A stretch of DNA of 35,340 nucleotides from positions 1 to 35,340 of IMG/VR virus record IMGVR_UViG_3300020044_006352; one strand, given 5' to 3'. The translations under genes were made by a program, and so were the position numbers. This DNA is from a virus (taxonomy: Duplodnaviria; Caudoviricetes). A model generated the notes under the pieces. The model worked only from the letters and a program-made list of their open reading frames with translations, was not told the DNA's origin and made no database searches. Every line of letters begins with the position of its first letter. The first letter of the stretch is position 1. Of the stretch, positions 17,743 through 26,647 are shown piece by piece.

Positions 17743-17984
17743 TGGAAACTCTACTCTGGGCACTTGGTATTGCTCTTTCACTTTCAATGGGCTTCAACGT
17801 ATGGATTGCACAGACCTTAGTGCAGATGCGCGCGGACATGGCAAAGCTCTCTGAGCAAATGCAAAACCGCACCGAGGTACTAAGCATCGTGCAACATCAA
17901 ATCGACTCCGTAGCAAAGGAAATCACAACAATCAAAATCGAAATGGCACGCTATGGAATTACGACCCGAACTCACGAAGGCTGA
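17742..17984 (+). CDS. Single-TM plus coiled-coil protein (lysis-associated)
   Basis: N-terminal hydrophobic helix, then heptad pattern. Upstream of the holin and endolysin. Confidence 0.55.
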   Translation: METLLWALGIALSLSMGFNVWIAQTLVQMRADMAKLSEQMQNRTEVLSIVQHQIDSVAKEITTIKIEMARYGITTRTHEG

Positions 17985-18360
17985 ATATGCCGAGATGCCG
18001 TATGTACCGAACTTGACGGGCTATGATGCTCACTCGCTTCGGGATATACAACGGATCAAAGCAAAGTTTGATATCGAAAATGACACGTTCGTACATAAGC
18101 AGGCAACAGAAACCATTAGCACATTCACAGCGATGTGGTACGTGGCTAAAAACTTACCCACACTGTGGAAACTTTACTCACTATATAAGGAAGCAGCAAT
18201 GCTAAAGAATTGGAAAACCTCGCTATCATCCATTATCGGCGCAATCGTCGTAATCGTTCGTTTGTTCGGAGTGGAAGTACCACAACCCGTATCGGACGGA
18301 TTACTTGCGCTGGCTCTATTCCTCGTTGGTTTGTTCGCCAAAGACGCTGAAACCAAGTAA
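17953..18360 (+). CDS. Putative holin (2 TM) with possible internal start at 18199
   Basis: C-terminal MLKNWKTSL...2 TM...FAKD. Abuts the endolysin gene. TAAGGA lies upstream of ATG 18199. Confidence 0.65.
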   Translation: MELRPELTKAEYAEMPYVPNLTGYDAHSLRDIQRIKAKFDIENDTFVHKQATETISTFTAMWYVAKNLPTLWKLYSLYKEAAMLKNWKTSLSSIIGAIVVIVRLFGVEVPQPVSDGLLALALFLVGLFAKDAETK

Positions 18361-18839
18361 TGCTACCTGACAAAATATCCATAGAGCGTATCAAGAAACT
18401 GCATCCTGACATTCGTGAGGAAGCAATGGATATTGCCTTTGATATTTGGGCAAACGGTATCGGCTTTCGTGTGACTTACACGCTCCGAAGCTGGGAGGAA
18501 CAAAATGCATTGTATTCCATTGGTCGAACGACACCGGGCAAGATCGTTACCAACGCAAAAGGTGGACGGTCTTACCACAATTACGGTCTTGCACTTGATT
18601 TCTGCCTGCTCACTCCGAGCCTCAAAGCCTCGTGGGATATGCGGGCAGACTTCAATAAGGACAATGAGCAAGATTGGTTGCAGGTCGTAAAAGCATTTAA
18701 GGCCAAGGGATGGGAATGGGGCGGGGATTGGGCGAAGTTCAAGGACTATCCGCATCTTCAAAAGACGTTTGGTCATCCCGCCGGCAATCTCATGGCTCGG
18801 TCATCAACAGGGATAATCACCTATCCACCACTCGCATGA
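18360..18839 (+). CDS. Endolysin, M15 family (L-Ala-D-Glu-type) peptidase
   Basis: LRS.EEQ.ALY..GRT, SYHNYGLALD, WGGDW and DYPHLQ. Confidence 0.92.
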   Translation: MLPDKISIERIKKLHPDIREEAMDIAFDIWANGIGFRVTYTLRSWEEQNALYSIGRTTPGKIVTNAKGGRSYHNYGLALDFCLLTPSLKASWDMRADFNKDNEQDWLQVVKAFKAKGWEWGGDWAKFKDYPHLQKTFGHPAGNLMARSSTGIITYPPLA

Positions 18840-19075
18840 TTTCAGTCTATTACATAGGCGCATTTCTTACGGCACTTGCCTACCTTGCGTACGCCTTCTA
18901 CATAAAGAGCCGCTTAGGGCTGGATATGAGTCCAGACGGCGGATATTATTTGCAACTTGGAAGGGGCGAGGCAGTTCCGGTGCCGTATTGTTTACGACCT
19001 ATTGTGCCTTTAACTCAGCTTTTCATCACATCACTCGAACCCGATGCTCACCACTACAACACTACTGAAGGCTAA
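18836..19075 (+). CDS. Small membrane protein (79 aa); possibly a truncated GT-C glycosyltransferase-like remnant
   Basis: ATGA overlap with the endolysin stop. One TM followed by SPDGGYYL...PVPYCLRPIVP. Confidence 0.45.
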   Translation: MISVYYIGAFLTALAYLAYAFYIKSRLGLDMSPDGGYYLQLGRGEAVPVPYCLRPIVPLTQLFITSLEPDAHHYNTTEG

Positions 19076-19652
19076 CTACCTTAACATCGATGCACTGGAT
19101 ACCGAACGTGATTCGACGATTACTGCTTGCATTGTCCAAGCTGGAAGCATACTTAAAACTCTATGCAACCAACCCCTTGAGCAAGAGTCCGTTAACTACG
19201 AGTTCCGAGGCGCTGCAGACTCAAGGCCCCTCGCTGAGCAACTACTCGGAGGCAATGGATATAGTACAAAACTTGTCCCCTATACTGTACCGGCAACGCT
19301 TGTATCTTTATCTCACCGGACGTTGCCAAGCGACTCGTGGGCATCTGACAGTGGAGCCACTTTATTCGTGGACGATAGTCAGACTCGAATATATAACCCA
19401 GCGGGCTTCGGTTACAATTTCTACAAAGCCGTTCTTAACGTCGGCTACACCACCATCCCGGACGATCTCGTACACGCTGCATCTGAACTAGCAGTATACA
19501 TTTACAACGAGACAAGCGTTTCAAACGAGGCACGCGCGGGGCTTGCATCGCGGGCTATAACGCAAAACAGCATCACAAGCACGCTTACCTATGCTGACGT
19601 GATTGCGCGCATCCGTCCGATCATTACCAAATACACCATCTACGCCGTATGA
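19044..19652 (+). CDS. Head-tail adaptor/connector
   Basis: LKANYLNI...D..I...I and VGYTTIPDDLVHAA.EL motifs. Position fits. Confidence 0.8.
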   Translation: MLTTTTLLKANYLNIDALDTERDSTITACIVQAGSILKTLCNQPLEQESVNYEFRGAADSRPLAEQLLGGNGYSTKLVPYTVPATLVSLSHRTLPSDSWASDSGATLFVDDSQTRIYNPAGFGYNFYKAVLNVGYTTIPDDLVHAASELAVYIYNETSVSNEARAGLASRAITQNSITSTLTYADVIARIRPIITKYTIYAV

Positions 19653-20131
19653 CCCTAGAACAGCAAATGCAGGCGGCAAAAGAGCGCACGCTCAAGACCT
19701 TAGAAACCTCAACGGAGTTTAATCTTCGTGAGGCTCAGGTCGATTTGCAGGTGTATTATGCTGACGAGATGAATAGCGCCACAACGTCCAACAACGTGCG
19801 GACGAAATCGGGCAAACTGAGAGCGCTAAGAAACGATACCAATCAGCTGTATATCTTGTATGGAAATTTGGTGCGATCACTTCAGCCAAAGCAGCGCGGC
19901 AACATTGCGGAGATCAGCCGGAGCCTAACCAATCCGTTTATTAAACTTGGTATCGACCTATCCGTGATACCTTATGCGCGCATCCATGAGTTCGGTGGCA
20001 CGGCAGGGAAGTCTAAGATACCGGCAAGACCGTACTTCTTTCCTGCACTACAGAAATACGCAAAAGAAGGTTTTGAAGAACGATTGCAGGCTATCGTCAA
20101 CGCCTGTATCACAACTTGGAACTCAGCATAA
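19649..20131 (+). CDS. Neck / tail-completion protein (HK97 gp10 / Mu gpG-like)
   Basis: G.LVRSL, PYARIHEFGG and IPARPYFFPAL. Confidence 0.85.
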   Translation: MTLEQQMQAAKERTLKTLETSTEFNLREAQVDLQVYYADEMNSATTSNNVRTKSGKLRALRNDTNQLYILYGNLVRSLQPKQRGNIAEISRSLTNPFIKLGIDLSVIPYARIHEFGGTAGKSKIPARPYFFPALQKYAKEGFEERLQAIVNACITTWNSA

Positions 20132-20592
20132 TGACAAGAGGCCTATTCATACTCACACAAGTTCGCAAGGTGCTCTCCGATGTCGGCATCTTTGATGTTG
20201 TGTACGCGCAAAAGCCCGATCTTGATAAGGCAGTCAAGACAGAGGCATACGCGTACATCATCAAAGACACGCTCGAGAATATGCAGATGGAAGATGCGCG
20301 GCTTGCGCGCAAACTTCATTACATCGATGTCGGTGTGATCTTCAGGTGGAACAATCCGACCGCCCCGAACAATCGCGGCGCGGCGTCCGAACACGCGGCG
20401 GATATTATCGGGCGGGTTGAAACGGCGCTTATCAACAACGATGTCATTGGCTCTGAAGTAACCGACGGCATCCGCACGCACCGACTTGTGCAGCTTGACG
20501 TTACCGAGTCCTACGGCTACATGGACACCTCGCAAAACGTCGGAAATACGGCACTGCTTGTGACCGCAACCATAATCACGGAGATCAACTAA
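20131..20592 (+). CDS. Putative tail terminator
   Basis: Size, position and alpha/beta pattern. TAATG coupling gives the start at 20131. Confidence 0.55.
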   Translation: MTRGLFILTQVRKVLSDVGIFDVVYAQKPDLDKAVKTEAYAYIIKDTLENMQMEDARLARKLHYIDVGVIFRWNNPTAPNNRGAASEHAADIIGRVETALINNDVIGSEVTDGIRTHRLVQLDVTESYGYMDTSQNVGNTALLVTATIITEIN

Positions 20593-21311
20593 TGGAAGGC
20601 GACATGCAAAAAAGCGAGCAGGTATCCGTGATCGTCATCACGCACTCCGACCACGAGGAAGAGCTGCGCGGAATGCTGACATCACTGCCGAAGGGCATAG
20701 AAATCTGCATTGTGGAGACGGTGCAATCGGATGCTGACCATTTCGAGTTCAACGATGAGTACGAGCACGAAGGCAACAAGTACCGAGTCGGCACATGGTA
20801 CTACAAGAACTTTTCATTTGCCAAAGCGCGCAACTATAGCATCGATCTTGCCACCAATGATTGGTGCATGTGGATGGACTCGGATGACTACTTGCTTCCG
20901 CAGTTTAAAGAAGACATCAAAGACTTAGTAGATTTACCGCTCGGTGTTGGTGGTGTGATGATGGGCTGCTTTGGCTCACAGCCACCGTACAACAAAGGCG
21001 AGAAAACAGAGTACTACGCGGTTCCCCATCTCAGGGCTTTTCGGAAATCGACAGGCGCGCGGTTTAACGGCTTGGTACACGAGCAAATACTACCGCAAAT
21101 TGAGAATGCCCGCTTCTTTGTCACGACCAGTAACATCATGATCGCACACATGGGTTACATCGCAAGTCGTGAGAAAATGCAGGCGCGGTTTGAACGCAAC
21201 GTAAGACTCTTATCGGCACAACTTGCCACCTCTGACTATCTGCGCGATTACTACGCAAAGATGCTTCAGAACCAACTATTCACTCTCAACGACTTAAAAG
21301 GAAACCTATAA
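20592..21311 (+). CDS. Family 2 glycosyltransferase (SunS/GmaR-like catalytic domain, no TPR tail)
   Basis: VSVIVIT, FSFAKARNYSIDLATNDWCMWMDSDD (DxD), RAFR...F.GLVHEQI, IAHMGY and RN.RLL. Confidence 0.88.
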   Translation: MEGDMQKSEQVSVIVITHSDHEEELRGMLTSLPKGIEICIVETVQSDADHFEFNDEYEHEGNKYRVGTWYYKNFSFAKARNYSIDLATNDWCMWMDSDDYLLPQFKEDIKDLVDLPLGVGGVMMGCFGSQPPYNKGEKTEYYAVPHLRAFRKSTGARFNGLVHEQILPQIENARFFVTTSNIMIAHMGYIASREKMQARFERNVRLLSAQLATSDYLRDYYAKMLQNQLFTLNDLKGNL

Positions 21312-21868
21312 TGGCAGGACAAGTCATCAATGGTGGGCGTTACGTGCAATTCGTAACCTTTACCAACGGCACAACGCCTTCAATCGGCACCACCGTGGTT
21401 GCATCGTTCGCAGATCAAATCTCAACCGACATTGCGATCGACAACACCGGTATCTGGACAATGACCATCGACCAAATTCAGGACGATGAAGCATACAACA
21501 CGTTTATCGAGACCTACAAGGACTACTCGATTGCAGGTGTTGAATCCATCACCTACGAAAATGGATCAAAGCAAAACGCCAACTCCAACAAGACATTGTA
21601 TGCCATCGTAAAAGGTGGTACAGTTGCAGGCGGCGCGTCCGCTGGCAAGAACAAGGTAGCATGTTTCGCATGTATTCTCGATCTGTCGAGCGGTTCATGG
21701 AAGCAAGAAGGCGCGAAGTACAATCGTCCGAAGCTCATGTTCCAATCTGTAGAAGTTCAGGGCACGGTAACCATCCCGCCCGCACTGCTTTCAGCTGTTG
21801 CATCGACCACAGCGGCTACACAAACGCAGACCACATCGCAGAAGTACGGCCGTTCATACTTCCTGTAG
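21311..21868 (+). CDS. Putative major tail (tube) protein
   Basis: 185-aa beta-rich protein between the terminator gene and the chaperone/tape-measure genes. Followed by a terminator. Confidence 0.65.
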   Translation: MAGQVINGGRYVQFVTFTNGTTPSIGTTVVASFADQISTDIAIDNTGIWTMTIDQIQDDEAYNTFIETYKDYSIAGVESITYENGSKQNANSNKTLYAIVKGGTVAGGASAGKNKVACFACILDLSSGSWKQEGAKYNRPKLMFQSVEVQGTVTIPPALLSAVASTTAATQTQTTSQKYGRSYFL

Positions 21869-21876
21869 TATTTTTG

Positions 21877-21906
21877 AAGGGGCGGGACGTCCGCCCCTTT
21901 TTGTTT
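21877..21906 (+). terminator. Intrinsic terminator
   Basis: AAGGGGCGG-gacgt-CCGCCCCTT followed by TTTGTTT. Confidence 0.75.
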
Positions 21907-21926
21907 AACGTCATATAAGGAGCACC

Positions 21927-22475
21927 ATGACAACACTCATATCAGGCAGTCACCGCATCGCGGTGAAGCCGAAGACAATTACACTGCGCACGCACGCGGG
22001 CATGCTTGAATGGAAGCAAAAGCTGACAGCGCGCGCTGCACAAACAAGCCAATCAAAGAACGTCGAGCTTGTGTTGAAGCTGATGAAAGAGATCCCTGAT
22101 CTTGCGTCGCTTATCACTCCGAGCGGAGACTTCAACATGGCCACCGTGGAGACCATCGCAGGCAATTACAAGAACATGACGCCTGAAGAATCACAAGAGG
22201 CGGCAAAGCAAGAAATACAGCGCCGCATACTTGGTATCGCTGCCGATTCGCCTGATGTTGCTCGCACCCTGTTCTTCCCGGACGTGGCAATCAGCTGCGA
22301 TCCTGAATCGATTGCGCTCTGTATTGACTGCATCCGTGCTACCTACGACCCGAACGGAATGAGTGCGTCCGACGTTGCACTTATGATGACCGAACCGACC
22401 TCCGACTTTTGGCAAGACATGAGTTGGAAGGAGGTTGCGGAGTACGGCGAGAAATTTTGTGAGTTATTCAAATGA
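21927..22475 (+). CDS. Putative tail assembly chaperone (G-like)
   Basis: TAAGGAG SD. Lies between the tail tube and tape-measure genes. Confidence 0.6.
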   Translation: MTTLISGSHRIAVKPKTITLRTHAGMLEWKQKLTARAAQTSQSKNVELVLKLMKEIPDLASLITPSGDFNMATVETIAGNYKNMTPEESQEAAKQEIQRRILGIAADSPDVARTLFFPDVAISCDPESIALCIDCIRATYDPNGMSASDVALMMTEPTSDFWQDMSWKEVAEYGEKFCELFK

Positions 22476-22755
22476 TGTCGAGGTCGCGTGCTTTGTGGTC
22501 AGTCACTGGCCTATCAATCACGTGAGCTTCATCGATGAATACGGCGATCCGATACCTGATTATGGCAACGGATCGCAGTTTTTGCCCGAAGACGTCCATG
22601 AAGAGTTCGTAGCGATCTCGCTTGTGGAGCCGACGGGATATTCATACGGGGAGCTTAGCAACCTTCCTTACGAAGAATTCGTCAAACTAGCAGCACTAGC
22701 ACGCGCGAAACGCTGGACACCTGCAACCCGTAACAAACACGATAAATACCTCTAA
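22435..22755 (+). CDS. Putative tail assembly chaperone extension (T-like), likely expressed by frameshift
   Basis: Overlaps the G-like gene in the +1 frame. Has no in-frame ATG. Its stop overlaps the tape-measure ATG. Confidence 0.55.
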   Translation: MRSTARNFVSYSNDVEVACFVVSHWPINHVSFIDEYGDPIPDYGNGSQFLPEDVHEEFVAISLVEPTGYSYGELSNLPYEEFVKLAALARAKRWTPATRNKHDKYL

Positions 22756-25700
22756 TGGCTGAATTCATTGCAAAACTTGGACTGGACGCGAAGGACTTCA
22801 TTTCTTCCATGGAGACCGCCGCGGCAAAGGCAGGCTCCATCACCACGGCGCTCAATAGCAGCGCCGGAAGTTCCAAGACCTTAGCAGATGGATTTAAGAG
22901 CGCCAATACCGAGGCGGGGAACCTCGATAAGAATGTCAAAAGTATAGAAGGCAACCTATCCAAAGCAGCGAGCGGCGGCGGCGCCTTAGACGGACTCACT
23001 GCCAAGTTCAAAGAAGGGCAAACGGCAGCAAGTCAGGGCGGCGGCATATTCGGAGATTTAGCGGGGAAACTCGGAAATCTTGCCTCACCTGCAGGCGCCG
23101 CTACTGCTGCAGTGGCTGCGCTTGGCGGCGCTCTTACCGCTGCGTACACCGTAGGCTCTGAATTCCAACAAAACCTCGCAGGTGTAAGCGCCGTGACGGG
23201 CTTGACGGGACCTGCCTTGGATGACATCGGAGACCGCGCGCGCAATCTTGCAAAGCAATTTGGCGGGGACGCTTCCACTCAGCTGCAGGCATTCCAAGGT
23301 GTGCTGTCGAAATTCGGCGCAAGCCTTGCCGACACGCCTGAGCAACTGGGCAAGGTGTCAGAAAATATCAACATCCTCGCAAAAGCAGGTGGCTTGGATG
23401 CGAAAGAGGCGATGGACACGCTCGCAAATTCGATGCTTCAGTTTGGCGTCGATGTTGCCGACGGTAACGTGGCCGCTGCGGAGTCTGCACGCTTTATGAA
23501 CGTGCTCGCGGCATCTGCAAAAGTGGGTGCGGCGGAAATCCCGCAGGTAGGGCAGGCCGTGCTTGTAGCGGGTGTTGCGGCAAAAGGCGCGAAGGTATCG
23601 TTTGAGGAAACAAACGCCGCTATTCAGGTGCTTGCGGCCGGTGGTAAGGTTGGAGCTGAGGCTGGAACGGCGCTTCGCAACGTGCTTGGCAAAATTGCGG
23701 GCGAGGAAGTCATCCCGAAACCAGCACTTGATAAGCTAAAGAGCTTAGGCGTGGATATGAGCGTGGTGTCAAACACTTCGCTCTCTCTTTCCGATCGTTT
23801 GAAAGAACTTGGCAAGGCATCAAGCGATGCAACGGCCTTTGCTCAGGTGTTTGGCTCTGAAAATGCCGCGGCCGCAACCATCCTTGCGAATGGTTCGGCT
23901 ACCATTCAGGATTGGACTAAGCAGATAACGGGCACAAGTGAGGCCAACACGCAAGCGGCCACTAACATGAACACCCTATCAGAGCGAGTAAGCCGCGCAA
24001 AAGCAAGTGTTTCGGACTTTGCAATCGGGCTATTCCAAACGCTCGAGCCTGCGTTCAGCTCTATCATTGGCGGAATTATGGACTTTGTCGGTGTGGTAAC
24101 TGACGGCATCGGTGGCCTTTGGTCATTTGTCGAGCCGCTCGTCATGCCGATATTTGAGTTCTTCAACTTGCGCCTTGTGGTGGCCTTCAACGTAATCAAG
24201 GCCGTGATTACCGGCTTTGTTGATGCAGGTAAAGAAGCATTTGCTCGCTTTCAGGAGATCATTGCACCGCTACAGGAAAAGCTGCAGGGGCTGTTCAGCT
24301 CCGCAGACGAAGGCAGCAGCATAATGGACACGCTGAAGGGCGTATTTCAGACCATCGCAGCCGTGGCCAAAGATGTATTTTCCATCGCCTTTGGAATTGC
24401 GCTAAAGGTTATTGAAGGCGTGGTGGCGGTTATTATTCAGCTTGTTGATTGGGTAAAGCAGGGCATTAAATGGATCACTGACATCGTGTCGGCTGTTAAG
24501 CAGTGGGGCTTGGAGCTTGTAAAATCAAGCGACTTCATACGAGGAATTGTTTACAACGTCATCGAGTTCATAAACCAAGTATCAAAGCTCAAGGATCAAC
24601 TGCTTTCAATTTTGGGCTTAGGCGGTAAGACTCAAGATGTCAAGATTCAGGCTAAGGTCGAAACGAACGCCGAAGAAACAAAGACGGCTGTAGAAGGTGA
24701 AACGGCAAAGAATCCGCCTGAGGTCAAGGTCAAGGTAAAAAAAGCAGACTCCAAAGATATTTCCGAACAACTTAGAGCGCAGCAGGCCGATATTGACCGC
24801 ATAGGCCGGGACTTGGAAGAATCATCCATTGCTGATAGCAACGCACGCGCTATCCGCAATTTAGAAAATCAGTTTGCTGATAAGATTGCTAAGGTTCGTG
24901 ATCAAAATAAGAAGGTGCAAGAGGATGAAAAAGTAACTGCCGTGCAAAAGGCACAAGCGCAGGCGCTATCAGATCAGCAGATCATTGCACTTATCACCAC
25001 GCGCGATGCACAAATTAACGCGCTCAGGGAAAAGCAAAGAGAAAAAGAAATTGACGCAGCTCGCAAAGCGTATGAGGCATTTGAGACCGAAGCCAAAAAA
25101 CGCTCGGATGAGTCGCGTAAAAAAGAAAAGGATGATGAGGAAAAAGCTAATGCCGATAAAGAAGAGAGGGCTAAGCAGGCCGCTACCAAAGCCGAAGAGG
25201 CGAAGTTGCGTATTGTTCGCGCATTCACTGATGCGGTTGCTAAGATAAGGGAGGATGCAAGTGATAACGCACTAAAGGCTGCGCAGAATTTAGCGGCGCT
25301 TGACGCTGAAGAAAAGGCTCTTATCGAAAGCCTAAACAGGCGCGAGATCTCTTACGAAGATTTTAATATCAAGATTGCTGAGTTAGAACGCGAGCGCGCT
25401 GCATTGCAGGCAGATGTGCAAAATGGATCAAACTCTACATTCAAAAACGAAATGGATGCTCTTGTTACCGGCATTAGAGCGTCGATAGGGCAAAGCCTCA
25501 CAAACATGAAAGAGGATTTCGATTTTGAATTCTCCGAAGCAAGCAAAAATGGCGAATTGAACCTACAGGCATTAGGATCAAGTGCTGCTACTTTGTTCGG
25601 TTCTTTGGTAGCCAATGGCTCAAGCGCGGTAGATGCTTTAAAGCAGTCACTATCGCAGACGCTCGGTTCATTGATTGAAGTCTATGTTGCTCCGATCATT

Positions 25701-26171
25701 GCATCTACATTGTCATTCCTCGGGCCGTTCGCATTACCCGTAGCACTTGCAGCCGTGCAAGGCCTTAAGTCGCTGCTAAACTCTGCGCTCGCAGGATTCC
25801 AAGACGGAGGCTACACAGGCAACGCAGGCGAAGGCGCGGTGGCGGGCGTGGTTCACGGGCAAGAGTTTGTGCATACGGCATCGGTTACGCGCAAGAACCG
25901 CGCGCTGTTTGAATACCTGCATAAAGGCGGGGAGTTGTCGAACTGGGCAGTATCCGCGGCGGGGAATCTACAGCAACCTGTGTCCATTACGGCGCCGATG
26001 ATGAACACCTACGGCATCGAATCACGGTTGGATAGACTCGAGACGGCAATAGTCAAGTCATCCAAGCGCTTTGATTCCATGCGCGCTGTGCAGATGACGG
26101 TGGAGCACGATCCGACCCTGACAATCAAGGCGCAATCAAGAAACTTACAAGTGAGGAACGCACGAGTATGA
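22755..26171 (+). CDS. Tail tape measure protein (TP901-like core)
   Basis: 1138 aa, Ala/Gly-rich. VSFEET.A...G..AGTALRN core, amphipathic repeats, coiled coil, and FQDGGYTG...GVVHGQEFV. Confidence 0.93.
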   Translation: MAEFIAKLGLDAKDFISSMETAAAKAGSITTALNSSAGSSKTLADGFKSANTEAGNLDKNVKSIEGNLSKAASGGGALDGLTAKFKEGQTAASQGGGIFGDLAGKLGNLASPAGAATAAVAALGGALTAAYTVGSEFQQNLAGVSAVTGLTGPALDDIGDRARNLAKQFGGDASTQLQAFQGVLSKFGASLADTPEQLGKVSENINILAKAGGLDAKEAMDTLANSMLQFGVDVADGNVAAAESARFMNVLAASAKVGAAEIPQVGQAVLVAGVAAKGAKVSFEETNAAIQVLAAGGKVGAEAGTALRNVLGKIAGEEVIPKPALDKLKSLGVDMSVVSNTSLSLSDRLKELGKASSDATAFAQVFGSENAAAATILANGSATIQDWTKQITGTSEANTQAATNMNTLSERVSRAKASVSDFAIGLFQTLEPAFSSIIGGIMDFVGVVTDGIGGLWSFVEPLVMPIFEFFNLRLVVAFNVIKAVITGFVDAGKEAFARFQEIIAPLQEKLQGLFSSADEGSSIMDTLKGVFQTIAAVAKDVFSIAFGIALKVIEGVVAVIIQLVDWVKQGIKWITDIVSAVKQWGLELVKSSDFIRGIVYNVIEFINQVSKLKDQLLSILGLGGKTQDVKIQAKVETNAEETKTAVEGETAKNPPEVKVKVKKADSKDISEQLRAQQADIDRIGRDLEESSIADSNARAIRNLENQFADKIAKVRDQNKKVQEDEKVTAVQKAQAQALSDQQIIALITTRDAQINALREKQREKEIDAARKAYEAFETEAKKRSDESRKKEKDDEEKANADKEERAKQAATKAEEAKLRIVRAFTDAVAKIREDASDNALKAAQNLAALDAEEKALIESLNRREISYEDFNIKIAELERERAALQADVQNGSNSTFKNEMDALVTGIRASIGQSLTNMKEDFDFEFSEASKNGELNLQALGSSAATLFGSLVANGSSAVDALKQSLSQTLGSLIEVYVAPIIASTLSFLGPFALPVALAAVQGLKSLLNSALAGFQDGGYTGNAGEGAVAGVVHGQEFVHTASVTRKNRALFEYLHKGGELSNWAVSAAGNLQQPVSITAPMMNTYGIESRLDRLETAIVKSSKRFDSMRAVQMTVEHDPTLTIKAQSRNLQVRNARV

Positions 26172-26647
26172 GTACATGGACAGCGATAATCCATTCGGCG
26201 AATGCGGAGACGGGCACAAGCCCTTACAACGAAGTATCCGTGAGCACCGTGGCCGCGCTTGCGGGCTATGATGCTTACTATTTAGGCGTGACGGCCGTTC
26301 ACGAAGCCCCTGAAGGCGCGGCGGCCATCATGTATGCAGGCGGGGCGCTACAATCGTCGCGCATTGCACGGCGGACTTACAACCTGCGCTCGTATCCGTA
26401 CACGTACCAAACCGAACGACACATCGGCACGAACGACCTCATAGAATTATTGCAGGCTCCGTATCTTTGGCTTGAATTGAATATCGCTTCGCAGGATGCT
26501 ACCTACAACGTCGGAGTCAGCGAGGCGTATCATTCCGCCGATAACGTCATCCCGGTGACCATTGACGGCTTTAACGTCGAGCATAATGACGACATCGGCA
26601 ACAAAGTCGTAACGATCAACTTCAAACACCGATTCTACAACGTCTAA
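26168..26647 (+). CDS. Putative distal tail protein
   Basis: 159 aa, directly after the tape-measure gene, ATGA-coupled. Confidence 0.5.
   Translation: MSTWTAIIHSANAETGTSPYNEVSVSTVAALAGYDAYYLGVTAVHEAPEGAAAIMYAGGALQSSRIARRTYNLRSYPYTYQTERHIGTNDLIELLQAPYLWLELNIASQDATYNVGVSEAYHSADNVIPVTIDGFNVEHNDDIGNKVVTINFKHRFYNV

Noticed and set aside
22452-22458. Canonical -1 slippery heptamer AAATTTT
   Set aside because: It is out of phase for X XXY YYZ in the chaperone frame, and the -1 frame stops at 22460-22462.
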